Shown here one piece after another: positions 20,642-30,847 of a stretch of 64,000 bases of DNA. How positions within the stretch are numbered: position 1 is the stretch's first letter; the number at the start of each line of letters is the position of its first letter. The stretch lies in NCBI RefSeq assembly GCF_055900595.2, contig NZ_CM148325.1, one strand, 5' to 3'. The position numbers were made by a program, and so were the translations under genes. Below the pieces are notes generated by a model. The model did not search any database. It was not told where the DNA came from and saw only the letters and a program-made list of their open reading frames with translations.

Positions 20642-21508
20642 TTATGCCTTGCGGCTTTTGTTCACTGTGCTTGCCAGGGCTTCCGGGTAGTGTCTGACAA
20701 TAATATCATTAAGCCTGTCAACCAGTTCTGGTTTCCTGAACGTGATGTGCGCGGAGCCCTTCTTAAAGTATCTGATGCTGAACATCTCATCTTCATAGTC
20801 CTCTTTACCCTGAACAGACCGGATGTGCTCATTCAGATGAATGGTGATGTTTTCCCGGTTGTCGGGGATCGGTTTGCCGCTGAACAGATACAGCATTCTT
20901 TCCAGGTCGGCAAGTCGATCTGCCTGTTGCCCGGTGATAAGATGAAACCCCCACCGGTCCCACCTCACCAGGTTGTTGACGATAATTTTACTGCCAAATT
21001 TACAGGGTGAATTGTTTTCGTAATTCCAGCTCAGTCCCCTGAAAACATTGATCACCCCACGCTCAAACACTTCATCTTTGTTCTGGTGCAGTTGTTCAAA
21101 TGTGCTCAGAATGTTCGCTTCACTGATTTCCGGAAAATTATCGTATTCCAGTGACCGGTACCATGTATCACGGGCCTGCGCATCCATTAATGACAGCATC
21201 CCGGAACGTTGCATCAGGTCACGCCAGATTTCGCGATCGAGATTGCGGGTGATGGCTTTCATTGCTGTTTCCGGTTTATCCATGAGCCAGCATCCGCAGC
21301 GAAAATCCTGTTTCATCGCCCAGTCCCGTGCGCTTTTACCACCAATGCTTTTTGTCAGTACTGAGATTTCAGTCAGTTGCCGGATAAGCGTTTCGGTTTG
21401 TTGCAGTGCTGCATTCCGTACCGTCACAACGTGTCGGATACTGGTGGAGCAGATAACGTCCGTATTCCCGGTGACCACTTCCGGATGGGAGATTGTGATG
21501 TTTGACAT
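20642..21508 (-). CDS. Hypothetical protein, 288 aa (possibly DUF4942-type, common at the ends of CP4-like islands)
   Basis: Track ORF with coding-like composition; family assignment from memory only. Confidence 0.6.
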   Translation of the reverse strand: MSNITISHPEVVTGNTDVICSTSIRHVVTVRNAALQQTETLIRQLTEISVLTKSIGGKSARDWAMKQDFRCGCWLMDKPETAMKAITRNLDREIWRDLMQRSGMLSLMDAQARDTWYRSLEYDNFPEISEANILSTFEQLHQNKDEVFERGVINVFRGLSWNYENNSPCKFGSKIIVNNLVRWDRWGFHLITGQQADRLADLERMLYLFSGKPIPDNRENITIHLNEHIRSVQGKEDYEDEMFSIRYFKKGSAHITFRKPELVDRLNDIIVRHYPEALASTVNKSRKA

Positions 21509-21592
21509 TATCGGTTTCCCTTTTGGTTTATAAACGAAAACGCCAGCCGTATTCAGGCTGGCGTCAGTGGAATGAAGTCTGGTGAGTAAGGC

Positions 21593-21790
21593 TCACCGGT
21601 TCTGTTGCAGAAGCTGCAGTTGGCGCAGGGTATGGATATCCTCCCTCGCCTGTTCAATGCAGGGCAGCAGTGCTGCCGAATCCGTTTTATCCTCATCGTT
21701 GTCAAAGATAATTCCCGATTCGCAGTCGATATTGTCCTGCAGCCACGCAATCAGAATATCCAGTGCTGTTTCCGTGGTTAATGATTTCAT
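21593..21790 (-). CDS. YeeW-like small protein
   Basis: MKSLTTETALDILIAWLQDNIDCESGIIFDNDEDK... resembles YeeW/YpjJ-type proteins that follow cbtA-type toxin genes (recall). Confidence 0.55.
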   Translation of the reverse strand: MKSLTTETALDILIAWLQDNIDCESGIIFDNDEDKTDSAALLPCIEQAREDIHTLRQLQLLQQNR

Positions 21791-21801
21791 GTTGTTCCTG
21801 G

Positions 21802-22290
21802 TTACCAGTTGAAAGTGGGTAAACCCGGCAGGCATTCAGCGCTGGCATCCAGATGAATGAGACTGACGCCATAACGTCGGGTAAGTGTGACAACCAGACA
21901 ACGGAACGTTTTTGACAGGCCCAGGCGCTTAAGCCGCAGAACCGGGTATGACCACGCATCGGTACGTAACAGATAGCCGCTACCTGTGAAATGAATCCAT
22001 TCTGATTCACCAACGTCACTGGTCTGATGCGACAGCGAGTACAGCCAGGCGTTATCCTTTTCCGTGATATGTGCGGTACTGCAGCGTATGCCGGCAAGGG
22101 TTGCAAACGGTGGTAGTGTGCAGGTTGACTGTTGGTCGGATTCCTCCACCACGCGGAGTGAATAACCGTTTTCAGCGACCTTGTTAATCAGTTCAGTGAG
22201 ATTAACACCATCGACGTCAACGACAATTTGCCCCATGTTCAGTGCCTGCACATTAATTCTGTCGGCTTCCAGCATCAGGGAAAGTTTCAT
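21802..22290 (-). CDS. Hypothetical protein, 162 aa, start overlapping the cbtA-like stop
   Basis: Track ORF; 4-bp overlap with the upstream toxin gene suggests translational coupling; family not recognised. Confidence 0.45.
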   Translation of the reverse strand: MKLSLMLEADRINVQALNMGQIVVDVDGVNLTELINKVAENGYSLRVVEESDQQSTCTLPPFATLAGIRCSTAHITEKDNAWLYSLSHQTSDVGESEWIHFTGSGYLLRTDAWSYPVLRLKRLGLSKTFRCLVVTLTRRYGVSLIHLDASAECLPGLPTFNW

Positions 22291-22661
22291 CGTTTCTCCG
22301 GATGCTTACCCAGGGTAATGTTATTTACCGTTCTGTAATTGTCGCGGGTCATCAGGCCGGTCGCCCGGCGAGCCCGGAGGATATCAATACTGTTTATTAA
22401 CTGAGAGCGGGGACAAGTGCTGAATCCCGGCTGGTCGGTACGCACCAGCGCGTATTTTTCCACGAGAAAATTCACCGCATCACACAGTGAAATGCCAGCT
22501 TCAATATGCTGCTCAATCACACGTTCATCGGCGAACGGTGTGTCATTCAGTGTAAGGCCGTAATGCTGGCCCAGTAGTCGGGAGAGCAGAGTCTGCCAGA
22601 TGGTGACGGGAGACGGGCAGCTCGATGCCTCCCGTACGTGTGTATCGGGTAATGTTTTCAT
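22287..22661 (-). CDS. CbtA/YeeV/YkfI/YpjF-family type IV toxin (124 aa)
   Basis: ...[45 protein letters not shown]...[10 protein letters not shown] matches the recalled family. Confidence 0.85.
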   Translation of the reverse strand: MKTLPDTHVREASSCPSPVTIWQTLLSRLLGQHYGLTLNDTPFADERVIEQHIEAGISLCDAVNFLVEKYALVRTDQPGFSTCPRSQLINSIDILRARRATGLMTRDNYRTVNNITLGKHPEKR

Positions 22662-22750
22662 ACTGAAGGTTTTCCTGATATGCAGAGATGAAAAATGGAA
22701 AAGTGGCGTGGTGAAAGCACCAGGCCGGAGCAGAAGGTTATTCCGGTGGT

Positions 22751-23119
22751 TTACTTTTTCGTTTCGGGCGTCGGATAAACAGCCAGATAAACGTAACCAC
22801 AGGAGCCGAGGGTGTCGGCTTCGCAGGTCAGCCCTTTCGCATACAGCGTGACGGTATGCTGATGTCGGGGATTCAGTTCACCGCTGGTGAGCATGAGTTC
22901 CAGTTGTTTCATCAGCAGCGGAAAGGCCTGGTCCAGATGGTATGCATCTGCGTCGCTGAAGCGGCCTCTGATACCGGCGCGGTCGGCAAGGTAATGCAGG
23001 CGGTTACCCTCCTGCACCAGACGGGCGCCAAAACAGGGCCTCACTGTGCAGGGAAGCCCCCACCAGGGGCGGTCGTGATTGTCGTCGGGATGAGTTATCC
23101 CGGAGAGTGTGTCTGACAC
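22751..23119 (-). CDS. CbeA/YeeU/YfjZ-family antitoxin (122 aa)
   Basis: [80 protein letters not shown] matches recalled YeeU. Confidence 0.85.
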   Translation of the reverse strand: MSDTLSGITHPDDNHDRPWWGLPCTVRPCFGARLVQEGNRLHYLADRAGIRGRFSDADAYHLDQAFPLLMKQLELMLTSGELNPRHQHTVTLYAKGLTCEADTLGSCGYVYLAVYPTPETKK

Positions 23120-23159
23120 GATAAAATCCTCTCTGAAAAGTGGTTAAGAATGGTTTAAC

Positions 23160-23801
23160 GATGACAGGTCAGCCGGTGCGCTGACCGGTTTCGGTGAAGA
23201 TGTATGCATTGATGAGAATGGCCTCATCCACAGCGGCGTCTGAGGTCATCTGGTCGTACTCGTTTTCCAGTTGACGGTACAGCCAGAAGGCCAGGTCGCG
23301 CAGGGCTTCGCTGACAGCGGCTTCCGCATCGGCTGTCATAGCCTGACCAGTCGGACTGTTCCGGGTAACAGTGATAACGGATGGCAGTAACGTCCCCGGT
23401 GGTGGATTTCAGCCTGCAGTTGCCAGAAGTTACGTTTCTGCACCGCCTGCAGGGCATCCGCGATACGATGAAGCTCACGGTTCTGCGGGGCATACTCCCG
23501 GACTCTCCTGGTTGTTGCTGACTGCCAGTGCCAGCGTCCTTCAAAACAGGCTCCGTCCCTGGCTGCAGAATCCGCTGAACCAGATGCACGGCTCTTCCAT
23601 AAACCTGCCGTTGCTGAGACGGATAACACGCTGGCAGAGGTCAATTCCGAAAATGCCACAGACCTCCCTGACGTCCTCATACACGTTTTCATACCAGTTG
23701 CTGTCAGCATGATGCTGACGGTACCCGTCGCGGGCTTTTTCCCGTGCCGGGCAGGAAAGTTCATCCAGCGTATACACTGTGATGGTGATAATTCTGCTCA
23801 T
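23160..23801 (-). pseudogene. Frameshifted gene between yeeT-like and cbeA-like genes (product unknown)
   Basis: Three overlapping track ORFs in three frames (23541..23801, 23336..23764, 23224..23589) plus a readable C-terminal peptide (...AVSEALRDLAFWLYRQLENEYDQMTSDAAVDEAILINAY...) point to one roughly 210-aa gene broken by frameshifts. Confidence 0.45.
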
Positions 23802-23815
23802 CAGAATGCCCTGAC

Positions 23816-24037
23816 TCAGTTCAGGGTGACGCTCATCAGCCGGACATACGGGCCAAAACTGTCCTTACGACGTTCTGCAAACACAGCCAGCACACCGGGA
23901 ATATCCTGCACTTCACGACCGGTATACGTTTCAGTGCTGCCGTGCCAGCGGTATTTGCCGGTACAGAACGGAAAAAGACGGGATGCAGGATGCTGTTGGT
24001 GAATACGCATGGCTTCACCACGGGTGATGATTTTCAT
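23816..24037 (-). CDS. YeeT-like protein, 73 aa (DUF-type, CP4-44 family)
   Basis: MKIITRGEAMRIHQQHP.SRLFPFCTGKYRWHGS.E.YTGREVQDIPGVLAVFAERRKDSFGPYVRLMSVTLN matches recalled YeeT. Confidence 0.8.
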   Translation of the reverse strand: MKIITRGEAMRIHQQHPASRLFPFCTGKYRWHGSTETYTGREVQDIPGVLAVFAERRKDSFGPYVRLMSVTLN

Positions 24038-24105
24038 AATGGGATACCTCTGAAGACAGAAGATAAAAGTGAAAACAGGTGTGATGTGGTTGTGACGGTG
24101 ACGGG

Positions 24106-24582
24106 TTAAAGCAGACCGTGTTCGGCAAAGGAGAATACCTGGCTGCCACCGACTATCAGATGGTCCGGCACCCGGATATCCACCAGGGCCAGCGCCTGAA
24201 CCAGACGTTCCGTAATAAGCCGGTCTGCCTTACTGGGAGTGACTTCACCGGACGGGTGGTTGTGTGCCAGTATCACGGCGGCGGCATTGTGGTACAGGGC
24301 GCGTTTAATCACTTCCCGGGGATGGACTTCCGTGCGGTTGATGGTGCCGGTGAAGAGGGTTTCACCGGCAATCAGCTGATTCTGGTTGTTCAGATACAGC
24401 ACCCGGAACTCTTCACGCTCCAGTCCCGCCATGTTCAGAATCAGCCATTCCCGTGCCGCATGCGTGGAGGTGAAGGCCACGCCGGGTTCATGAAGATGAC
24501 GGTCCAGGGTTTTCAGGGCCCGCTGAATGAGGCTGCGCTCACCGGGTGTCATCTCTCCGGGCAGAAAGGAAAGTTGTTGCAT
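24106..24582 (-). CDS. RadC-like JAB-domain protein (YeeS/YfjY/YkfG family)
   Basis: Track ORF trimmed to MQQLSFLPGEM...; HNHPSG JAMM motif present. Confidence 0.85.
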   Translation of the reverse strand: MQQLSFLPGEMTPGERSLIQRALKTLDRHLHEPGVAFTSTHAAREWLILNMAGLEREEFRVLYLNNQNQLIAGETLFTGTINRTEVHPREVIKRALYHNAAAVILAHNHPSGEVTPSKADRLITERLVQALALVDIRVPDHLIVGGSQVFSFAEHGLL

Positions 24583-24597
24583 TGTGCTTCTCTCCAT

Positions 24598-25083
24598 TCA
24601 GTCGATGATGCGCATAATGGCGCTGCATTCCGGATGCTGCAGGGCATAATCCCGCAGCCGGTAATAATGGACCGTCATGGCATAACACTCCGTACGACAG
24701 GCATGATGACTGTACGTCATCAGACAGGCAGCAATGCCGGCGGCTTCCGGGCTCATTTCAGCGCGGTTACCGTTCATGGCATTGAACAGTACCCATGTTT
24801 CGTCATCATCGTCATCCGGTTCGGGTGCCATAAATGCCCCGCCGTTGTTCAGGGTGTACAGATTCCAGATACCACCGCAGTAGTCTTCGCACAGACGGTC
24901 CATCCAGCCGAAGACACGGGGCTCCAGGGTCACCCACTGTGGAATGAGGCCAAAGTGCTGCGGCCAGAAGCTGATGCGCTGTTCATCAGGGACTATGGTG
25001 GCAACCAGCTGAGACTGGTTATTCCCTGATGCAGTAGTTACGGAAACAGAAGGTGTGGTGAAATTATGCGAAGAGGTTGTCAT
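24598..25083 (-). CDS. Anti-restriction protein (YfjX/KlcA/ArdB-like), 161 aa
   Basis: Acidic stretch PEPDDDDDETW and overall similarity to recalled YfjX/YafX-type proteins. Confidence 0.75.
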   Translation of the reverse strand: MTTSSHNFTTPSVSVTTASGNNQSQLVATIVPDEQRISFWPQHFGLIPQWVTLEPRVFGWMDRLCEDYCGGIWNLYTLNNGGAFMAPEPDDDDDETWVLFNAMNGNRAEMSPEAAGIAACLMTYSHHACRTECYAMTVHYYRLRDYALQHPECSAIMRIID

Positions 25084-25173
25084 GAGATTATTCCTTATAA
25101 AAAGTAAATGAATGGAAGACGTCCCGGGGACAGGGACAGACGTGAGCCGGACTGTACTTTCAGGGAAACGGCA

Positions 25174-25992
25174 TCAGCGCAGGCTCTCCAGCAACGTTTC
25201 CGCCATCACCCATAACGCGCGATTGAGCTTAATGTCGGTGTCAATGCTGTGAATGGCCCGGGTATGGATACGTTTTCCTTTTGCACTGCGACCGGAAATC
25301 CCGCCTTTCAGCATATTCTCCTGGATGGTCTGATAAGCACTCCACAGGTCCTTACCGTAATCCTCCCGGCGTCGTGGCGTCAGAATGTCGGCGGTGGTGA
25401 CGAGGTGATGTTCGTCACCATAACGGTAAGTCAGTGCCGCCTGTGCCAGCGCCTGGCGTGCCGGTGGCGGCAGGACCAGCGACTGCATGGCATCACGCTT
25501 TTCCTCAATCCGGTCAAAAACGCCCACCACTTCGTAAGCCCCTTCAATAACTTTCTCCACCACGTCTCCCCGGTGTGGAACACGCACTTCCCCCAGAGAC
25601 TGACCACAGACGCAGCCGTTCTGGCAGACGAACCTGAAGTAACCCGGCAGCATCTGGTAGCTGGAGGTACCGTCATGGGAGTTCAGCAGGATGATTTCAG
25701 GGACATGTTGTCCGTTTATCTCTCCGTCACGGCGCAGACGCAGCATGTGTTTGGTATACCCCCGGCGGCCCGGGTCACGTACGCGGGTCTGGCAGGCAAA
25801 GAAGGGCTGAAAGCCTTCCCGCTGCAGGCTTTCCAGCACGGTGATGGTGGGGATCCAGGTATAGTTCTCGCTTCTGGATGTGTGCTTATCTTCCCCGAAT
25901 ACGCTGGGGACGACCTGCATCAGTTCTTCGCGAGTTAAGGGGCGGTCACGGCGTATCTGGTTCGCATAACCAAAACGACTGGCTAATCGCAT
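25174..25992 (-). CDS. DUF932-family protein (YfjQ/YafZ-like), 272 aa
   Basis: Size, position between the GTPase/regulator genes and the anti-restriction gene, and recalled similarity to YfjQ. Confidence 0.7.
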   Translation of the reverse strand: MRLASRFGYANQIRRDRPLTREELMQVVPSVFGEDKHTSRSENYTWIPTITVLESLQREGFQPFFACQTRVRDPGRRGYTKHMLRLRRDGEINGQHVPEIILLNSHDGTSSYQMLPGYFRFVCQNGCVCGQSLGEVRVPHRGDVVEKVIEGAYEVVGVFDRIEEKRDAMQSLVLPPPARQALAQAALTYRYGDEHHLVTTADILTPRRREDYGKDLWSAYQTIQENMLKGGISGRSAKGKRIHTRAIHSIDTDIKLNRALWVMAETLLESLR

Positions 25993-26082
25993 GATTTGCT
26001 CCTTATGAATGAGTTAGCGATATAAATGAAAAAGCCGCGCCTCCCGGAGAAGACGCGGCCTGATGGATGAAATGAATGAGGT

Positions 26083-26316
26083 TTATTGTCTGGGAAGCCC
26101 TTCACTGGCGAGCCACGCATTAAGTTGTTTGCCGGCATCGTATTCAAAATTCCAGCACCGCCAGCGCAACTGACCTTCAGCATTGTGGATAACCAGCCGG
26201 AAATGCGTTCCCTGGTCATTTTCGATAAACACATTGCGATAAGCTGTTGTGATGGCAACCGCCTGCTCTCGAGAGAAAGGGCCTTCGGGCAATAAAACAG
26301 GGTGACAGTCCGACAT
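26083..26316 (-). CDS. Small hypothetical protein (77 aa)
   Basis: Track ORF in a gene-dense, co-directional stretch; family not recognised. Confidence 0.45.
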   Translation of the reverse strand: MSDCHPVLLPEGPFSREQAVAITTAYRNVFIENDQGTHFRLVIHNAEGQLRWRCWNFEYDAGKQLNAWLASEGLPRQ

Positions 26317-26321
26317 ACCGG

Positions 26322-26999
26322 CTATTTTCCGATAAATTCAACGCTGGCACCGGTGGCATTACCGTCAGCACCAACCGTGACGGTCACTTTGTCGTACGCA
26401 CGGTCTTCAGGATTGAACACTTCAAACTCAACCTTATTGCCTTTTACTTCGTAAGAGCCAAAATCAGCGGTTTCTGTTGTTTCCTCGTCATATTCCCGGG
26501 CGTATGCCTGCCGGGCAGCCTGCAGGACGGAATCTTTATTAATAGTGGTCGTCTGTTTCGGGGAAAAACCGGCAAGTGATGTGACAAATTTCGGACAGAC
26601 CTTCAGCATATCACCGCGGGTGAATTCCATTCGTACACCAAATGCCTGTAAAACGGACACATCACGCTCTGCTATGGAGTGAACGGCTTTTTTGACCATT
26701 TCCGGCGCCTGTCCGATTTCCACCTCAACAGCCCTGAATCCCGTCTGCTGATTACACATTTGTGATGTGGGGATCAGGTTACCGTTAATACTGATACGGC
26801 TGCCCAGGAGCGTCTGTACGCCATTCGGGCATCCCTGCATCAGGCCGGTAATACCAATCGTGCCATTTTTCAGCATTACCAGCGCCTGACCATCTTCCGT
26901 CATGGTCTGACACCAGCCGTTTTTGACAGCCCAGTTGCCGGCGGAGGCGGAGAATGATGCCACAGTGAACAGCAGGGGAAAAAGAGCTCTGGTATTCAT
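26322..26999 (-). CDS. Hypothetical secreted protein with signal peptide (225 aa)
   Basis: Track ORF trimmed to [25 protein letters not shown] with GAGGT RBS. Confidence 0.6.
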   Translation of the reverse strand: MNTRALFPLLFTVASFSASAGNWAVKNGWCQTMTEDGQALVMLKNGTIGITGLMQGCPNGVQTLLGSRISINGNLIPTSQMCNQQTGFRAVEVEIGQAPEMVKKAVHSIAERDVSVLQAFGVRMEFTRGDMLKVCPKFVTSLAGFSPKQTTTINKDSVLQAARQAYAREYDEETTETADFGSYEVKGNKVEFEVFNPEDRAYDKVTVTVGADGNATGASVEFIGK

Positions 27000-27146
27000 G
27001 ACTGACCTCTGAAATGAACGTATGGTGTTATTGATAATGATGGAAGGTATGCAGTGACTGTTCAGGGAATGACGTAGCCGTATATTTAGTTTTCTGTTCA
27101 ACATATTGTCTCCATACCTGTCGGGACGGCTTTGGCAGGCCGGCGA

Positions 27147-27827
27147 TCACAGGTTAAAGGTGTTGATAAGTTTATGGATGAAAGAGAAATGTGGCAGGGC
27201 GGAGATAAAACGCTCTTCAGCGACCAGACTGTGGATGTGGCCTCTCCGTTCAAACCGTTCTGATGTCAGGCTGACTGATTTGATATCTGCCAGAGGAAAG
27301 ACCTGCAGTTTTCCCTTCTGTAACGCGATCAGATACCAGCTACCGCTGTAATAAATGAGCCGGCAGGGCTCCAGTGACGGATACCATCGCTCAGCCATCA
27401 GAGAGATGTGGATACACTGTCTTATTGCCAGGATGAGTTGCGAGAAACACTCGGGGAACGTTGCAGTGATATCCGGCGCCGGTAGCCAGATAAGGCAGGG
27501 AGAGGGCTCCTGGTTGTCGGTAAGACAGGTTATCAGTCGTCCGTTCCGGAGCGGAAGTATCCGTGCGATCCCCGTATTCTGTATAAAAGAAAGCATTTCA
27601 GGGATCGCACCTGGGCTGCTCTGTCGTCTGAGGCTGTACCTGCCATTTCTGTACTCTAAATCCAGGTGAACCAGACGCTGATGAAAATCGCGCTGTAAAG
27701 TACGTTCTGTAACGCCAAATTCATCTGACAGTGTTTTTAGTGACAGAGATTCTCCGGCCATCAGTCGGCTGATAATGAGTGATAAGCGAACCGCCAGGCG
27801 ATCATGCCGGGAACGATTATCAGACAT
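27147..27827 (-). CDS. YfjR-like HTH transcriptional regulator (226 aa)
   Basis: N-terminal HTH (...SLKTLSDEFGVTERTLQRDF...) plus C-terminal WYL-like domain; position as in CP4-57 (recall). Confidence 0.7.
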   Translation of the reverse strand: MSDNRSRHDRLAVRLSLIISRLMAGESLSLKTLSDEFGVTERTLQRDFHQRLVHLDLEYRNGRYSLRRQSSPGAIPEMLSFIQNTGIARILPLRNGRLITCLTDNQEPSPCLIWLPAPDITATFPECFSQLILAIRQCIHISLMAERWYPSLEPCRLIYYSGSWYLIALQKGKLQVFPLADIKSVSLTSERFERRGHIHSLVAEERFISALPHFSFIHKLINTFNL

Positions 27828-28029
27828 AGATGTGCACTCCGTAAGAAAACATCTTTTATTTCATAATGTTATTATGCATCATGATGTTGAAAGGATGTGT
27901 CGCATCCGAATAATCAGGAATAAAATGCAGCAGAAAAAATATTCCTTTAATTATCTGATTTTTAAGCAGGGTTTCATAAAAAGAAGAATGCTTGTTAATC
28001 CAGCGACACATCCTGTCGGCGTGAGTGTG

Positions 28030-28914
28030 TCAGAACAGACGATCCCACAGTGTGACCAGCAGGTGGATAATGCGGTCCCGGGCTTTACGCAGAAGCTGTA
28101 ACATCCAGGCCGGAAAGCTGAACCGGGCAACGGCGTCGTCAAAGCTTTTCCCGATGGTTTCACCAAAAGTCTGTTGTGCGTGTTTCCGGGCCTGTTCAGA
28201 GCGGTTTTCCCCCCGGATATGTGAATAAACTGCGCTGGTTGCCTGTGGTGGCAGTGCGTGGATCATCAGCGACACAAACGCCGGAAGGTTCCAGCCGACA
28301 GATGCGGCAACGGAGAGTACCGGAAATGATGACGGGAACAGGGTGGCCACCCGGGCTGTTACTGTCGCCAGTGAGAGTTCCTGCTGACGGGACGGGCATT
28401 TTTCTGTGTCGTTCCATTCTTCAGCAGGAAACACGCGATCGGCATGGCTGAGAATAAACAGAAAGCGCGAGGGATCTGCGCCCTCATTCAGTAAAAACTG
28501 ATGCATGGCAATATCGGCAGCATACGCACGTTCATCAGCCCGCAGGATCCAGATAATCAGATCCAGTTCCGGTAGCAGCTGACGATAAAGTGTCCGGTAT
28601 TCCTGATCATGCTGCGGTGTTTCACCAATGCCGGGCAGATCGACCAGCGTCATTCTGCGTTCACCGAGCTGCAGAGTAAGACGATGAGCCTGGCGGGTGC
28701 AGCCGTTCAGGGGATGCGTGGCGCAGATACGGGACTGAAAAATGGCATTACACAGACTGCTTTTGCCGGTACCGGATTTACCCATAATGCCAATCACGGG
28801 CTCGTAATGAATAACATCGTGGAGATGTTCAAGGATTTTCTGGCGAATTTCTTCAGGAAGAAACGTCAGATATGATTTTACTTGTGCAGAGAGGGAAGAA
28901 TGGCTGAATGACAT
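28030..28914 (-). CDS. YfjP/YeeP/YkfA-family GTPase (294 aa)
   Basis: P-loop GIMGKSGTGKSSL and DLPG switch motif; recalled CP4-island GTPase family. Confidence 0.85.
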   Translation of the reverse strand: MSFSHSSLSAQVKSYLTFLPEEIRQKILEHLHDVIHYEPVIGIMGKSGTGKSSLCNAIFQSRICATHPLNGCTRQAHRLTLQLGERRMTLVDLPGIGETPQHDQEYRTLYRQLLPELDLIIWILRADERAYAADIAMHQFLLNEGADPSRFLFILSHADRVFPAEEWNDTEKCPSRQQELSLATVTARVATLFPSSFPVLSVAASVGWNLPAFVSLMIHALPPQATSAVYSHIRGENRSEQARKHAQQTFGETIGKSFDDAVARFSFPAWMLQLLRKARDRIIHLLVTLWDRLF

Positions 28915-29027
28915 ACCGGTATCCTGTTGATTTCACTGAACCGGATCACAGTAATCCGGTTTATCATTCAGGTAATATGGGCGTATAATTATTTCCATTT
29001 TTAATGGAATATATTCGGAGGTAATAA

Positions 29028-29987
29028 ATGACAGGATTATCTGAGCAGGCAAAAGAACTTCATATGATGATGGGGCGGAGAAAACCGCCGAAGATACAGG
29101 CTGTTCTTAACACCCGATACTGGAAAAACACAGAAAAAACGATAAAAAGAACTGTAGGTATGAATATTCATACGCTCAGTCAGTGGTGTGGAGAACAATA
29201 TGAGAAGATGTTTATTTCAAAAGTGGCAGAAGTCTATATGCTCCACCATACGGCAGCAATATTGAGGCGTAAAGGAGTTTATGTGGATGTTTTTAAGATT
29301 CCCTCAAAAATAATGAACCCGCCTGAAGCGAGAGCCAATTGTACTGGTTGCCCTTCTTCTCAGAATGTCTCTCATTTTTTTGCTGATTCTGAGCCTAACA
29401 TCATAAATTTTTCTGAAAGTATAAGAATAAATTATTCATATACTCTAGTTCCAGCCTATATAAGGAAAAAAGTCTCATCTCTGATGGGGGATTCAGAACT
29501 TCGTTATGTGTATTCATTTCCCGGTAGTTTATATTCTTATCTTCTTGAGAAACATCCATTGTCAGAAGTTAAAAAACTGATGGAGGATTTGCCTTCAACG
29601 GAAGATGAAAACTTCAGGAGGAGTGAAACAGGTAGCCAGTATTTGAAGGGGATTCTCGGTGTAAAAACAAGAGTATCTGAACTTTTTATAAGGCAGTTTT
29701 CTTTGCCGTTTAGATTTCTCCACACTAAAGAATATGTAAGAGACGTCATATTTAAGCCTGTAGAAAATGATATGTCGTTAAGTGAAGAACTGGCCCATGT
29801 GTTATTTTTTACATTATTGCATTCGGATATAATGTCCAGGTTTAGTTTAAGAGAATTATTCTTCAGAATAGAAAGTGGACGTGATAATAATAAGAAAAGG
29901 GATCTTATACGCGAATATGTAAGCGATGTAACAAAAGAATATTCGTTATGTATACCTGGCATAGTCAGTCGGCACGATAAAAAATAG
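29028..29987 (+). CDS. Orphan hypothetical protein (319 aa), AT-rich
   Basis: Strong RBS ggaggtaataaATG; divergent from the GTPase gene; GC clearly lower than neighbours; no recognisable motif. Confidence 0.6.
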   Translation: MTGLSEQAKELHMMMGRRKPPKIQAVLNTRYWKNTEKTIKRTVGMNIHTLSQWCGEQYEKMFISKVAEVYMLHHTAAILRRKGVYVDVFKIPSKIMNPPEARANCTGCPSSQNVSHFFADSEPNIINFSESIRINYSYTLVPAYIRKKVSSLMGDSELRYVYSFPGSLYSYLLEKHPLSEVKKLMEDLPSTEDENFRRSETGSQYLKGILGVKTRVSELFIRQFSLPFRFLHTKEYVRDVIFKPVENDMSLSEELAHVLFFTLLHSDIMSRFSLRELFFRIESGRDNNKKRDLIREYVSDVTKEYSLCIPGIVSRHDKK

Positions 29988-30043
29988 TCAGTATCATCCC
30001 GTGCATATGATGTATGGTCGGGATGAAATGGTGAACGTGGTGG

Positions 30044-30847
30044 TTATTGTATCGCCCAGTATGCCCTGGTAATGAGTTCCTTTATGATTTCTGACTTACT
30101 TTTGTTTTCTTTCTGCGCGATAAAAAGAAGTTGCTGATACTGAAAATCCTTAAGACGAATATTTACCTGTTTATCTGTTCCTGAACTGACTGACATCTGT
30201 TGGTTATTCCGGGAGTGAATTCGCGCACGCGCTCGGCTCTTTCTTTTATAAAACGCTGCATTCATCTTTCTGAGTAACATGTTCTTTATCTCAATATCGT
30301 CGGCAGGGTTGTTTTCAATAAGACAGGTATCGAAAAAAGCATTAATGAGAAGCTTTCGTTCAGTATTATTCTGAGGCTGAATGTGTTGCAGGCCGCTCAG
30401 GGAAAATAATCGTTTTTTCTTAATGTAATTCCATGACCATTCTGTGTCATCAGTTCCCTCCCGAAAGTGTCGTGGAACGTGGATATTATCAAAGGTGAAT
30501 GCCCATTCATTTTCCATACGATAACAGAACTGAGCTATCTGATTTATATTAAAACGGGAGCGCATGAAGGATATCCAGTCACGTAATACCTTTTTCCTTT
30601 TTTCATGGGTGTCAGGGTATGAGGGAAAATGGTATTCACGATAGGGTATTGATTCGGGCGCAGAACCGCGCTGAAAAATCCCCATCTTCTTATAACTGGC
30701 TTTACTGATATAAAGCCATACCCAGAACACGACTCTTTTATTATTCAACCACCCGGTGCCACCCCGTTTTGCTGTGGTTGTTGTACCAGGAAAAATGACA
30801 AGAAATATTTCTGGTTTTATTAAATCGGAAATGCCATCTGCGCTCAT
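30044..30847 (-). CDS. Orphan hypothetical protein (267 aa) with C-terminal ribbon-helix-helix-like segment
   Basis: RBS ggaggtacaaacATG; AT-rich; C-terminus ...VNIRLKDFQYQQLLFIAQKENKSKSEIIKELITRAY resembles an RHH DNA-binding fold; convergent with the 319-aa gene. Confidence 0.6.
   Translation of the reverse strand: MSADGISDLIKPEIFLVIFPGTTTTAKRGGTGWLNNKRVVFWVWLYISKASYKKMGIFQRGSAPESIPYREYHFPSYPDTHEKRKKVLRDWISFMRSRFNINQIAQFCYRMENEWAFTFDNIHVPRHFREGTDDTEWSWNYIKKKRLFSLSGLQHIQPQNNTERKLLINAFFDTCLIENNPADDIEIKNMLLRKMNAAFYKRKSRARARIHSRNNQQMSVSSGTDKQVNIRLKDFQYQQLLFIAQKENKSKSEIIKELITRAYWAIQ

Noticed and set aside
29994-30027. Inverted repeat between the two convergent orphan genes as a bidirectional terminator
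   Set aside because: 7-bp stem with a 17-nt loop and no flanking T-runs; too weak to call.
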